Positions 10,876 to 21,304 are shown, counted from the stretch's first letter. The stretch: DNA of 64,000 nucleotides from an uncultured Gemmatimonadaceae bacterium (GCA_963716745.1 OY970320.1:256001-320000), one strand, 5' to 3'. The notes: generated by a model from the letters alone, not told the origin. Made by a program: numbers and translations.

Positions 10876-12537
10876 ATGTTCTTTTCCCGACACTTGGGCG
10901 CCGCGTTCATCGCGCTCGCCGTCGCGGCCACAACGGCGTCGGCGCAGCATGTCGATCGCGGGAAGCTCGACAGCGGGTTCGCCGCGCCCGTGAAGAAGCC
11001 CACCGGTCCGACGGTCAAGTTGGCCTCGCAGGATTCCTGCAAGATCGTGCTCGACTCGCCGGACGACATCAAGGACGCGGCGTCGCAGCTCGCGTTCGCG
11101 CAGATCGGCAAGGGCGATGCCCAGAAGAAGTACCTCGGCAAGGCGGTCGAGAAGACGACGCTCAAGCCGGACCGCTACGCGAAGAACCAGGCGGGGCAGG
11201 AATTCCTACTTGGCCAATCGCTCGTGATGTGGACCACGATCCCCGGCACCACGAACATCATGAAGCGCGGCGACCTCGGCTTCTCCACGGACAAGGAGCA
11301 GACGATCGACATCCTGAAGACCGCGGATTCGCTCTTCACGAACGTCGAAAAGGAATTCCCGAAGTGCCAGTCGCAGACGGATGACTACCGGAAGCAGGCG
11401 TGGGGTCCGTACATCAACAAGGTCGGTCCGCTGATCAACGCCAACAACATCGATTCCGCGTCCAAGCTGCTCGACCAGGCGCTGGTCATCTATCGCGGCT
11501 CGCCGTTCTCGTACTACTTCAAGGGACAGATCGAGTACCGCAAGAATGATTTCGCGGGCGCGAGCAAATCGTTCGAGCAAGAGGTAACGCTCGCCACGCC
11601 CATCATGTCGCAGAACGAGAACTACCCTGGTATCACGGAATACAGCAGCTTCTTCGCGGGCTACTCCGCGCAGAAGGCGGCAGTGACGCTCACGGGCGCC
11701 GACCAAACGGCGGAGTATCAGCGGGCGGTCACGCTCCTCCAGGCGAACCTCAAGAACTATCCGTGCGGTCGCTTCGCCGAGAACGCCGAGACGAGTCTCT
11801 TCAACTCGTTGCATGCGACGAACGATACGGAGGGCATGAAGGCGCAGTTCACCGCAATGATCGCCGAGACAAAGCCGTGCAGCGATCTGTGGTGGTACAA
11901 CGCGGCGCGCGAAGCGTCGGACATCGAGGCGATGCCGCTGGCCATCCAGCTGTCAGACAAAGCGGTGGCGTACAGCCCTTGGAGCGCCGGCTTGGGCAAT
12001 GCCGCCCAAGTGTACCTGAAGGCGAAGGAGTTCACGAAGCTCATGCCGGTGGCGCTCCGCCTCACGCAGATCGCGCCGAATAGCCAGGACAGCTGGGATC
12101 TCCTCGCACTCGGCTATCAGGGCGCCGCCGCGGCGGCCACCTCGCCCGCCGCGAAGAAGGCCTTCACCGACTCCCTAACCGTTGCGTACAACGCCGGCCA
12201 GAAGAACGTCGTCCACGTACGGGTGAACGAGTTCAGCATGGATGGCACGAAGCGGACGGCCGGCGGCACCGTCGAATTGGTCGATAACAGTCCGACCGCG
12301 CAGCCTGCGTCTAAGACGGCCAAGAAGGGCGCCACCGGCGCGAAGACGGCGGCGCCGATGGCGAAGACCATGGCGCCGAAGGACGTCATGATCCGAATGG
12401 ACTTCCTGAATCGCGCTGGCGGCGTCGTCAGCTCCGATTCTGCTAAGGTCACGGCAAAGCAGGGCGAGCAGACGCCGTTCAAGATCACCGCCGACGGCGA
12501 AGCGATCGTCGGCTATCGGTACGCGCCGATCCCCTAG
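10876..12537 (+). CDS. exported TPR-like hypothetical protein
   Basis: AAGGAG Shine-Dalgarno, signal peptide ending ASA-Q, helical TPR-like repeats, C-terminal beta-rich domain. Confidence 0.75.
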   Translation: MFFSRHLGAAFIALAVAATTASAQHVDRGKLDSGFAAPVKKPTGPTVKLASQDSCKIVLDSPDDIKDAASQLAFAQIGKGDAQKKYLGKAVEKTTLKPDRYAKNQAGQEFLLGQSLVMWTTIPGTTNIMKRGDLGFSTDKEQTIDILKTADSLFTNVEKEFPKCQSQTDDYRKQAWGPYINKVGPLINANNIDSASKLLDQALVIYRGSPFSYYFKGQIEYRKNDFAGASKSFEQEVTLATPIMSQNENYPGITEYSSFFAGYSAQKAAVTLTGADQTAEYQRAVTLLQANLKNYPCGRFAENAETSLFNSLHATNDTEGMKAQFTAMIAETKPCSDLWWYNAAREASDIEAMPLAIQLSDKAVAYSPWSAGLGNAAQVYLKAKEFTKLMPVALRLTQIAPNSQDSWDLLALGYQGAAAAATSPAAKKAFTDSLTVAYNAGQKNVVHVRVNEFSMDGTKRTAGGTVELVDNSPTAQPASKTAKKGATGAKTAAPMAKTMAPKDVMIRMDFLNRAGGVVSSDSAKVTAKQGEQTPFKITADGEAIVGYRYAPIP

Positions 12538-12562
12538 CACGACTTGGGGCGTCGGATAAAAA

Positions 12563-12597
12563 CGGCTCGCCGGATCTTCCGGCGAGCCGCTTTTTTT
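12563..12597 (+). terminator. Rho-independent terminator
   Basis: 12-bp perfect stem CGGCTCGCCGGA/TCCGGCGAGCCG followed by a T7 run; upstream A run suggests it may be bidirectional. Confidence 0.9.
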
Positions 12598-12644
12598 CTG
12601 CTTCTAACCATTCACGCACGCAACGTCGAAGTGGCTATCCTGTC

Positions 12645-12673
12645 TTGATTTCCGGCCTTTTACCTCTTACAAT
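12645..12673 (+). promoter_or_regulatory. sigma70-type promoter for the DUF512-der-plsY-gpsA operon
   Basis: TTGATT-N17-TACAAT. Confidence 0.7.
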
Positions 12674-12776
12674 ACTTCATGTCTCCGCAACGATATTTGC
12701 GGTGCCAAGCCAACGCTCGATTCTTTAGGGGGAGATCGCGCACTGCGATCTTCCCCTTCGCGCACGGATAGATCAC

Positions 12777-14084
12777 ATGGTTCGCGTCAGCCGCGTTCTC
12801 CCAAACTCCATCGCCGCCGAACTCGGCATCGCGCCCGGCACCGAGCTCCACTCGGTGAACGGGCGCGAACTCGCCGACTTCCTGGATTGGGAGTTCCTGA
12901 CCGCCGACGATACGCTCGCCATCGAAGCGCGGCTCCCGGGCGGCGAGGAGATCGCGTACGACATCGAGCGCCCCGACGGCGAACCGCTCGGTCTCGAGCT
13001 CGAACCGCCCACGATCCGCCGGTGCGCGAACCGCTGCGAGTTCTGCTTCATCGAGGGACTGCCGGCCGGCCTGCGCCGCTCCCTCTACGTGCGCGACGAT
13101 GACTACCGCCTCTCCTTCGCGTACGGGAATTTCGCCACGCTCTCGAACGTGAAAGAGCGCGACATCGCGCGCATCCTCGAATACCGGCTCTCGCCGCTCT
13201 ATGTGTCGGTGCATGCCACGCCGTGGGAGGCGCGCAAGGTGCTCCTGAACAACCCGCGCGTGCCAAACATCGTCGAGCAGCTGACGCGTCTCGCCGAGGG
13301 CGGCATCCAGTTCCACGCGCAGATGGTGATCGTCCCCGGGCTGAACGACGGCGAAGTGCTCGAGCAATCGTTCGCCGATCTCTGGGCGCTCGGAGACGCG
13401 GTGCTATCCGTGGCGATCGTCCCGGTGGGTCTCACGCAGTTCTCGCATCTGTACACCGGCAAGTCGATGGACGCCGCCGCGTGTGGTGCGCTGCTGGATC
13501 ACATCGATCGCTGGGCTTCGCGCGCACTGGCTTCACGTGGTGAGCGCTGGGTGTACGGCTCCGACGAGTTGTACCTCCTCGCAGCGCGCCCGTTGCCCGA
13601 TGCGCCGTTCTACGGCGATTTCCCGCAGATCGAGAACGGGGTAGGGGCGGTCGCCTATCTGCGCCGCCGCCTCGGCGAGAGTCTGGACACGTTGCCGCGA
13701 CTCGATGGCCGTCGGATCGGCGTCGTGACCGGCGCCGCGATGGGCCCTGCGATCATGCCGGCGCTGCTGGAGCAGATCACTGCCGCCACCGGTGCCAAGT
13801 TCGAATTGATCGTGATGGAGAATTCGCTCTTCGGCCCCACCACGACCACCGCCGGCCTGCTCGTAGGCGCCGACATCCGCCGCGCCCTCGAGGGCCGCGC
13901 CGATCTCGACATGGCCCTGATCCCCGCCGAGACGATCAACGACGACGGCCTCTTCCTGGACGACGTGTCATTCGCTTCGGTGCGCGACGCGCTCCCGCTC
14001 CCGATCTTCCCCTCGTACGACTTCCTCGACGTGCTCGCGGAGTCCACCGACAGCCGACAGCCCACAGCCGGGGTCCGTAGTTAA
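12777..14084 (+). CDS. DUF512 radical-SAM-like protein with N-terminal PDZ-like domain
   Basis: CANRCEFC (CxxxCxxC), RDDDYRLSFAYGNFATL, SDELYL, PQIENGVG. Confidence 0.9.
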   Translation: MVRVSRVLPNSIAAELGIAPGTELHSVNGRELADFLDWEFLTADDTLAIEARLPGGEEIAYDIERPDGEPLGLELEPPTIRRCANRCEFCFIEGLPAGLRRSLYVRDDDYRLSFAYGNFATLSNVKERDIARILEYRLSPLYVSVHATPWEARKVLLNNPRVPNIVEQLTRLAEGGIQFHAQMVIVPGLNDGEVLEQSFADLWALGDAVLSVAIVPVGLTQFSHLYTGKSMDAAACGALLDHIDRWASRALASRGERWVYGSDELYLLAARPLPDAPFYGDFPQIENGVGAVAYLRRRLGESLDTLPRLDGRRIGVVTGAAMGPAIMPALLEQITAATGAKFELIVMENSLFGPTTTTAGLLVGADIRRALEGRADLDMALIPAETINDDGLFLDDVSFASVRDALPLPIFPSYDFLDVLAESTDSRQPTAGVRS

Positions 14085-14086
14085 TC

Positions 14087-15398
14087 ATGTCCATCCCCGT
14101 CGTCGCCATCGTCGGCCGCCCGAACGTCGGTAAGTCGCAGCTCTTCAATCGCATCGTCGGCGACCACTCGGCGATCGTGAGCGACGAGCCCGGCACCACG
14201 CGCGACCGTCACTTCGGCCGTGCCGTGTGGAATGGCCGCGCCTTCTGGCTCGTGGACACCGGCGGTCTCACCGACGATCCGCACATTCCGATGGACGTCG
14301 AGATTCGCCGCCAGGTGCTGCAGGCGGTGGAGGAAGCGGACATGCTGCTGCTCGTCGTGGACGCGATCGCCGGACTGCATCCCCAGGATCACCGGATCGT
14401 GGAGATCCTGCGCGATGCGCGGAAGCCGTGGATCCTGGTCGCGAACAAGGTGGACGATCCGCGCGCGACGGATTTCTACGAGTTCTACAATCTTGGCGCC
14501 GGCGATCCGGTGCCGGTGTCGGCGCAGAACGGGAAGAATTCCGGCGACCTGCTGGACGTGATCGTGGAGAAGATGCCCGAGGGCGCGGCGGATCCGCCGG
14601 AATCGGTCCGCGTCGCGGTCGTCGGGCGCCCGAACGTCGGCAAGTCATCGCTCGTCAACAAGCTGCTCGGCGAGGAGCGTCTGGTCGTGAGCGACGTCGC
14701 CGGTACCACGCGCGACGCGATCGACACGCCGATGAACTTCCACGGCCGGGAATTCATCTTCGTCGACACCGCGGGCCTGCGCCGCCAGTCGAAGGTGGAG
14801 GACGGCGTGGAGTTCTATTCGTCGCTGCGCTCGCGCCGCGCGATCGAGCGCGCCGACATCTGCGTGCTCGTGATCGACGCGACGACCGGCCTCGAGGGGC
14901 AGGACCTCAAGATCGCGACGATGGCGTGGGAGAATGGGTGCGGGCTCATCGTGGTCGTGAACAAGTGGGACATCAAGGAAGAGAAAGGCGACAAGACCTC
15001 GGCAAAGTTCGTGAAGGAAGCCGCCGAGAAGGCGCCGTATCTCGCGTTCGTGCCCTTCCTGTTCGCGTCGGCCAAGACGGGCCAGCGCGTGACCAAGCTG
15101 CTCGATCTCGTGCTTGCAGGTGGACGGAGAGCGGCAGAAGCGCATCGCCACGTCGCAGGTGAACGACGCGCTCGAGGAGCTGGTCGCGCGCCTGCAGCCG
15201 CCGCAAGCGGCGGGCCGCGAGGTGAAGCTCATGTACGCGACGCAGGTGAACGTCGCGCCGCCCACGATCGCCGTGTTCGGGAATCACCCCGATCTCGTGG
15301 CGGAGCACTACGTGCGCTATCTGCAAAAGGGTTTCCGCGCCGCGTTCGGATTCCACGGGACGCCCCTGCTGATCGTCATGCGGAGCCGCGCCGCGTAA
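14087..15398 (+). CDS. der: ribosome biogenesis GTPase Der (apparent frameshift near 15117)
   Basis: Two GRPNVGKS GTPase domains; the KH-like C-terminus (LMYATQV..PPTIAVFGN..FGFHGTPL) continues in ORF 15114-15398. Confidence 0.93.
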
Positions 15399-15998
15399 AT
15401 GGCGATCGCCTGGATCGCGCTCGCGTATCTCATTGGCTCGATCCCGGCCGCGTTTCTCGCCGGGAAGTGGCTGCGCGGCATCGATCTTCGCAATTTCGGC
15501 TCTGGGAATCTTGGCGCAACGAACGTCTATCGCGTACTCGGGCTGAAGGCGGCACTCGCGGTGTTCGCGTTCGACGTGGCCAAGGGCGCGATACCGGTGC
15601 TCTTCTTCCCGCACCCGTCGAGCGCCGCATGGCTGCCGATGGTCTACGGCGCGGCAGCATTCGTCGGGCACGTGCGCCCGATCTATCTGGGCGGGAAGGG
15701 AGGCGGGAAGGGCGTCGCGACGGCGACCGGCGTGTTCTTCGCGCTCGTGCCCGTGCCGATGCTGCTCGCGCTCAGCGTGTGGATCGCCGTCTTCGCGCTC
15801 ACGCGCATCGTGTCGCTCTCCTCGATCTCGGCGGCGGCTTCACTCCCGTTCGCCATCGCGATCTGGGACGGCATTGCCGACCGGCGTGTGCCGATCACGT
15901 TCGTCGTCGCGGCCGTGCTCATCTGGACGCACCGCAAGAACATCGCGCGCCTGCGTGCCGGCACCGAGCCGCAGCTCACGCGCGGGAACGGCATATGA
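15399..15998 (+). CDS. plsY: glycerol-3-phosphate acyltransferase PlsY
   Basis: YLIGSIP, GSGNLGATNVYR, DVAKG, GGKGVAT, HRKNIARL. Confidence 0.95.
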   Translation: MAIAWIALAYLIGSIPAAFLAGKWLRGIDLRNFGSGNLGATNVYRVLGLKAALAVFAFDVAKGAIPVLFFPHPSSAAWLPMVYGAAAFVGHVRPIYLGGKGGGKGVATATGVFFALVPVPMLLALSVWIAVFALTRIVSLSSISAAASLPFAIAIWDGIADRRVPITFVVAAVLIWTHRKNIARLRAGTEPQLTRGNGI

Positions 15999-16994
15999 CG
16001 CGCTGCGCGGTGATGGGCGCCGGGGCATGGGGCACCGCGCTCGCGGACATGCTCGCGCGCGCGGGTCACGAGACGGCGCTCTGGGCGCACGAGGCCGATG
16101 TGGTGGAGAGCGTCAACAGCCGCCACGAGAACACGCGCTTCCTGCGCGGCGTTCCGCTGCACGCGTCCGTCGCCGCGACGAACGACGCGGCCGCGGCGGC
16201 GCGCGGCAAGGAACTCGTGCTATTCGTGACGCCGTCGCACGTGCTGCGCGGGGTCGCGCGCGCGTCGCTCGCCGGCGTGGGCGCCGAGGCGACGATCGTG
16301 GTCGCGACGAAAGGGATCGAGCGCGACACGCTGGCGCTCATGACCGATGTCGCGCTGCAGGAACTGAAGGGGCGCCCGGTGGTCGCGCTGTCGGGGCCGA
16401 GTTTCGCCGCGGAGGTCGCGGCGGGACAGCCGACCGCGGTGGTCGCGGCGTCGGCGAGCATCGGAAGCCGCTCGCCGCGCACAGCGCGCGCTCAGCTCCG
16501 ACCGGTTTCGCGTCTACACCAGCGACGACGTGACCGGCGTCGAGATGGGCGGCGCACTCAAGAACGTGATCGCCGTGGCCACCGGCATCGTCGAGGGACT
16601 CGGCCTCGGATTCAACCCGCGCGCCGCGCTCATCACGCGCGGACTCGCCGAGATCACGCGGCTCGGCGTCGCGCTCGGCGCTTCGCCGCTCACGTTCGCG
16701 GGGCTCGCCGGGATGGGCGACCTGGTGCTCACGTGCACCGGCGCGCTCAGCCGGAACCGCGCCGTCGGCCTCGAGATCGGGAAGGGCACGCCGCTGGCGG
16801 ACGTGCTCTCGGCGCGCGAGACCGTCGCCGAGGGGGTGGTCACCACGCAGAGCGCGCACGCCCTGGCGGCGCGCGAGGGGATCGAGATGCCGATCGTAGC
16901 CGCCGTTCACCGCATTCTCTTCGAACAGCAGGCGCCGCGCGATGCGATCGCGGCGTTGATGACCCGGGAACTCCGCGCGGAGCGCGACGCATGA
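15995..16994 (+). CDS. gpsA: NAD(P)H-dependent glycerol-3-phosphate dehydrogenase (apparent frameshift near 16463)
   Basis: [22 protein letters not shown], then [29 protein letters not shown] in the shifted frame. Confidence 0.92.
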
Positions 16995-17353
16995 CCGCTG
17001 AACCCGTCCAGGAATTCTTCTCGATCGGCGAGGTCTGCGACCTCACCGGCCTCAAGCCGCACGTCCTGCGCTACTGGGAGAGCCAGTTCCGCTTCCTGAG
17101 CCCGGCCAAGAATCGATCGGGCAACCGCGTGTACCAGCGGCGCGAGATCGAACTGATCACGCTCGTGAAGCACCTGCTGTACACGGAGAAGTTCACGATC
17201 GACGGCGCGCGGCAGAAGGTGGACGACCATCGCCGGAAAGGCGAGCTGCGGCCGATCGCGCGCGGCGCGCTCGATCAGCAGACCATCGAATCCATCGAGG
17301 AGGAACTGCAGGAAGTGCTCAAGTTGCTGGGCGGGGAGGGCGGCAAGGCGTGA
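16991..17353 (+). CDS. MerR-family transcriptional regulator
   Basis: [48 protein letters not shown]. Confidence 0.92.
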   Translation: MTAEPVQEFFSIGEVCDLTGLKPHVLRYWESQFRFLSPAKNRSGNRVYQRREIELITLVKHLLYTEKFTIDGARQKVDDHRRKGELRPIARGALDQQTIESIEEELQEVLKLLGGEGGKA

Positions 17354-18027
17354 TCGCACCCGCGGCCTGCGTCATTCCGGCGCTCGATGCCGAACGCACC
17401 GTGGCGGCGGTCGCGCGCGGCGTGCGCGACTCGGCGCCGCAGGCGTTCATCATCGGCGTGGATGACGGCTCGCGCGACGGCACGCGTTCCGTGCTGGGCG
17501 ATGTGTGCGATCTCGTGATCGCGTTCGATGCGAACCGGGGGAAGGGCGCGGCGCTGCGCGCCGGCCTCAGCGCGGCGCTCGCGCGCGATGCCGCGGCGAT
17601 CGTGACGATCGATGCCGACGGCCAGCACGATCCAGCGGCCGTACCGTCGCTGCTCGACGCGCTCGCCGACGCCGATCTCGTCATCGGTGCGCGCACGCGC
17701 CGCGGCACCGCGATGCCGGTGGGCCGCCGCGTCACCAACGCGCTGGCGAGCGCCGCCATCGGGGCGATCGCGCACACGGCCGTGCCCGATCCGCAATCCG
17801 GATTCCGGGCGATGCGACGCGCCGTGCTCGAGGGAGTTGCCGCTCCCGGCGACCGCTACGAGTTCGAAACCGAATTCCTCATCGCCGCGGCGCGCGCTGG
17901 ATTCCGGATCGCATCGGTGCCGGTCGCGACGCGCTACGGAGCGGCCAGCCATTTCCGCGGCTTCCGCGATTCCGCGCGCGTCGTACGCGCCATTTGGCGC
18001 CATCGCGCGGGAGCGTTCCACCCGTGA
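17350..18027 (+). CDS. glycosyltransferase family 2
   Basis: VIPA, VDDGSRDGT, NRGKGAAL, DADGQH, DPQSGFR. Confidence 0.88.
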   Translation: MIAPAACVIPALDAERTVAAVARGVRDSAPQAFIIGVDDGSRDGTRSVLGDVCDLVIAFDANRGKGAALRAGLSAALARDAAAIVTIDADGQHDPAAVPSLLDALADADLVIGARTRRGTAMPVGRRVTNALASAAIGAIAHTAVPDPQSGFRAMRRAVLEGVAAPGDRYEFETEFLIAAARAGFRIASVPVATRYGAASHFRGFRDSARVVRAIWRHRAGAFHP

Positions 18028-18785
18028 TCCTCCTATGCACGAACGACGATGGCATCCTCGCGCACGGACTCGATACGCTCGCGAAGGCGGCGGCCACGCT
18101 TGGTGAAGTGACGGTGGTCGCACCCGACCGCGAGCAGAGTGCAACGAGCCACTCGCTCACGCTGCATCACCCCGTGCGCGCCGTGCCGCGCGGTGAGCGT
18201 CGCTTCCAGGTGGACGGCACGCCCACCGATTGCGTGATGCTCGCCGTGGAGGCGCTCATGCCCGTGCGGCCGGACTTCGTGCTCAGTGGCGTGAATCACG
18301 GGCACAACATGGGCGAGGACGTCATGTACTCGGGCACCGTCGCCGCCGCGACCGAGGGCGTCATGCTCGGGATCCCGTCCATCGCGATCTCGTTCGCCGG
18401 CGGGGAACTCAAGGCCGAACCGGACGTGATCGCCGATCAGGTGGGCGTGCTCGGGTCGCTGCTCAAGCATCTCACGTCGCTCGCGTCTATTCCGCGCGAC
18501 ACGCTGCTGAACGTCAACATGCCGCCGCTGCGAGGCGCCGAGATCAAGGGCGTTCGGCTCACGCGCCTCGGCCGCCGAGTCTATTCCGATTCGCTGATGC
18601 GCATGAAGGACCCGCGCGGCCGCGACATCTACTGGATCGGCGGCGGCAGCGCGAGCTGGAGCGGGCCCGAGGACTCCGATTTCCGCGCCGTGCGCGACGG
18701 GTACATCTCGGTCACGCCGCTCACGCTCGATCTCACGCATATCAAGATGCTCGACGATCCTTCCTCCTGGTGGCGCGATCCATGA
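18024..18785 (+). CDS. surE: 5'/3'-nucleotidase SurE
   Basis: ILLCTNDDG, APDREQSATSHSLT, GTPTDCV, SGVNHGHN, YSGTVAAA, GYISVTPL. Confidence 0.96.
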   Translation: MILLCTNDDGILAHGLDTLAKAAATLGEVTVVAPDREQSATSHSLTLHHPVRAVPRGERRFQVDGTPTDCVMLAVEALMPVRPDFVLSGVNHGHNMGEDVMYSGTVAAATEGVMLGIPSIAISFAGGELKAEPDVIADQVGVLGSLLKHLTSLASIPRDTLLNVNMPPLRGAEIKGVRLTRLGRRVYSDSLMRMKDPRGRDIYWIGGGSASWSGPEDSDFRAVRDGYISVTPLTLDLTHIKMLDDPSSWWRDP

Positions 18786-19432
18786 CCACGCAACAGTTCA
18801 GCGGCGCGAGGCGGCGCCTCGTCGAGACGCTGCAGGCGGGGGGCATCCGAGACCTGAGCGTGCTCCGCGCGTTCGACCTGACGCCCCGGCATTTGTTCGT
18901 TCCCACGGGCATGCGCCACCGGGCGTACGAGGACAGCGCGCTGCCGATCGGCTATGGGCAGACGATCTCTCAACCGTCCATCCACGCGCGCTATCTCGAG
19001 CAGCTCAAGCTCAGCGGCAAGGAACGCGTGCTCGAGATCGGCACCGGGTCAGGGTACCAAACGGTGCTGCTCGCGCATCTCGCGGCCCAGGTCTTCACGA
19101 TCGAACGCGTGGGTGCGCTCGTGGATTCGGCACGGCGTGTCCTGAAAGAGGCGGGCGTGAGCAACGTTTCGCTGCTCTCCGGCGATGGCACGCTCGGCTG
19201 GCGTGACTTCGCGCCGTACGATGCGATCCTGGTCACCGCCGGCTCGCCGCAGATCCCCGCGCCCCTGGGACAGCAACTCGCCGAGGGCGGCCGGATGCTC
19301 ATTCCACTGGGCACCAAAGATGAGCAAATTCTTACTGTTATAACGAGACGCGGGGAGGCCTTCGAGCGTCGTGATATCGGGGCGGTACGCTTCGTCCCGC
19401 TCGTAGGCGCCCACGGCTGGCCCGCGAACTAG
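18782..19432 (+). CDS. pcm: protein-L-isoaspartate O-methyltransferase
   Basis: AYEDSALPIGYGQTISQP, VLEIGTGSGYQ, APYDAILVTA, VRFVPL. Confidence 0.96.
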   Translation: MTTQQFSGARRRLVETLQAGGIRDLSVLRAFDLTPRHLFVPTGMRHRAYEDSALPIGYGQTISQPSIHARYLEQLKLSGKERVLEIGTGSGYQTVLLAHLAAQVFTIERVGALVDSARRVLKEAGVSNVSLLSGDGTLGWRDFAPYDAILVTAGSPQIPAPLGQQLAEGGRMLIPLGTKDEQILTVITRRGEAFERRDIGAVRFVPLVGAHGWPAN

Positions 19433-19473
19433 ACGCCCTACCGCACCATTGCTCCTCGTTCACCGGAGAGACA

Positions 19474-20442
19474 ATGGACGCTCCCCCGGACGACAGCAGC
19501 TCGCTTCCTCCGCAACGCCGCTCCAGCGGGAAAGTGCCGCCATTCGTGGCGCCGCGCGGAGGCGACAGCGAGAGCGCGAAGCAGCAACCCGCCGCGACGC
19601 GCCGCCCCAGCACGCCACTGTTCGTGCCGCCCACGGCGCAGACAGGGGAACTGCCTGTGCCGGAAGCGCCGAAGAAGACCCCCACCGTGGCTTCGCCGCC
19701 GGTGGAACCGGCGCGACCGACTCCCGCGACAGCGCGCGAGACCAGTTCCTTCCATGTCGAGAATCTCGAGACGCCTGAGATCGCGCTTCGCATCACGGGC
19801 GAGCGTCCCGCGATCGGGGATACCGAGCTGCAGTTGATCTCGTACGACGACGCGAATACGGGACTGCAGGCGAACACGGAGCAGGGCAAGATGCCACGCT
19901 TCGACGGCATCGAACTCGAGTCGACCGAGCTGTCGCTCGAGCCTACGAAAAACGCCGGCATGACACCAAGCGAGCTCAAGATCGAGAGCTTCTGGGCCGC
20001 CGAGGCATTCACGCCGACCGTTCGGCCGGACGCCGCGACCGACACGCCGCGTCCCATCACGCCGTCGACGCTGGAGCGCGTGGCCGACGCGCCCCCGAAG
20101 AAACGCAGTACGCTCGAGTCGCTTCGTGTCGAAGAGGTGCCGCCGCCGCACATGCAGACGCCGCAGAGCGTGCGATCGATCACGCCGCGCGCGAATAAAC
20201 TTGCGATGCCGGTGGACATCCGCACGCCCGCGGCGCTTGAGGCGCTCAAAGAGATGGAGCCGTGGGCGCTCCCATCGGCGGTGGCGCCCGAGGCCGGCAG
20301 CTCCGTGGCCGACGCCCTGGAGCGTGTGGCGCGGCGGATCAGGAGCGGCGAACTCAAGATGCCATCCGACGTCGCCGCCTCCACGGATGAGAACGCTCTC
20401 TCCGCCGCGCTCCAAGCATTGGTGCGTTCGCCGCGGCGCTAG
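19474..20442 (+). CDS. Pro/Thr/Glu-rich, probably disordered hypothetical protein
   Basis: GGAGAG Shine-Dalgarno; fills the gap between pcm and acyP; low complexity with helical C-terminus. Confidence 0.65.
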   Translation: MDAPPDDSSSLPPQRRSSGKVPPFVAPRGGDSESAKQQPAATRRPSTPLFVPPTAQTGELPVPEAPKKTPTVASPPVEPARPTPATARETSSFHVENLETPEIALRITGERPAIGDTELQLISYDDANTGLQANTEQGKMPRFDGIELESTELSLEPTKNAGMTPSELKIESFWAAEAFTPTVRPDAATDTPRPITPSTLERVADAPPKKRSTLESLRVEEVPPPHMQTPQSVRSITPRANKLAMPVDIRTPAALEALKEMEPWALPSAVAPEAGSSVADALERVARRIRSGELKMPSDVAASTDENALSAALQALVRSPRR

Positions 20443-20457
20443 TCCGTCGCGCGCGTC

Positions 20458-20730
20458 GTGATCGTTCGGCTGGAAGTGCGGGGCCTGGTGCAGGGGGTCG
20501 GCTTCCGGTGGTTCGTGACCAAGGAGGCGCGCCGCCTCGGCGTGGCCGGATGGGTGCGCAATCGCGAAGATGGCAGCGTCGAAGTGGCCGCGTCGGGCAG
20601 TGAGGCGGCCGTGCAAGAACTCAGGACTCGGCTGGAGCGGGGTCCGCCCGGCGCTCGAGTCGATGCGGTGCGTGATCTGCCCGTTCACGAGCCCGACGAT
20701 CTCCCCGAATCTTTCAACGTGCGGCGATGA
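20458..20730 (+). CDS. acyP: acylphosphatase
   Basis: VRGLVQGVGFR, GWVRNREDGSVE, GPPGARV. Confidence 0.93.
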   Translation: MIVRLEVRGLVQGVGFRWFVTKEARRLGVAGWVRNREDGSVEVAASGSEAAVQELRTRLERGPPGARVDAVRDLPVHEPDDLPESFNVRR

Positions 20731-21254
20731 CTTTCGATGTGGCGGCGCTTCGGCGCGCGATCCGCGATGTGCCGGATTTTCCGAAGCCGGGCATCGTGTT
20801 CAAGGACATCACGGGGCTGCTGATCGATCCGTCGCTCTTCGCGCAGGCAGTGGAGGCGATGGCCGCGCCGTTCATGGCCGAGCGGATCTCGCACGTCGTG
20901 GGCATCGAGAGCCGCGGATTCATCCTCGGCGCGCCGGTGGCGCTGCGGCTCGGGGCGGGCTTCGTGCCAATGCGGAAGCCGGGCAAGCTGCCGTCGGCGG
21001 TGGAGCGCATGGAGTACGGGTTGGAGTACGGCGTGGATGCGCTCGAGGTGCATCGCGATGCGCTTGGCGCGGGGCACCGGGTGCTCATCGTGGATGACGT
21101 GCTCGCGACGGGGGGCACGGCGCGCGCGGCGTGCGATCTCGTGGTGCGCCTCGGTGGCACGGTCGTCGCGTGCGCGTTCCTGATCGAACTGCTCGCGCTC
21201 GCGGGCGGAGCGAGGTTGGATCCAATCGTGAGGCGCTCCGTACTACGGTTCTGA
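20727..21254 (+). CDS. apt: adenine phosphoribosyltransferase
   Basis: DFPKPGIVFKDIT, GIESRGF, RKPGKLP, LEYG, VLIVDDVLATGGT. Confidence 0.96.
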   Translation: MTFDVAALRRAIRDVPDFPKPGIVFKDITGLLIDPSLFAQAVEAMAAPFMAERISHVVGIESRGFILGAPVALRLGAGFVPMRKPGKLPSAVERMEYGLEYGVDALEVHRDALGAGHRVLIVDDVLATGGTARAACDLVVRLGGTVVACAFLIELLALAGGARLDPIVRRSVLRF

Positions 21255-21304
21255 GACGTCGCGCGCCCAGTGGAGTCGCGTTATCTTACCCTCCCGGCGC
21301 TGTA

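Noticed and set aside
14087..17353. 1088-aa ORF that looks like a Der-GpsA-MerR fusion
   Set aside because: Artefact of two frameshifts plus stop-poor GC-rich frames; the linking segments are off-frame translations of plsY and the gpsA C-terminus.
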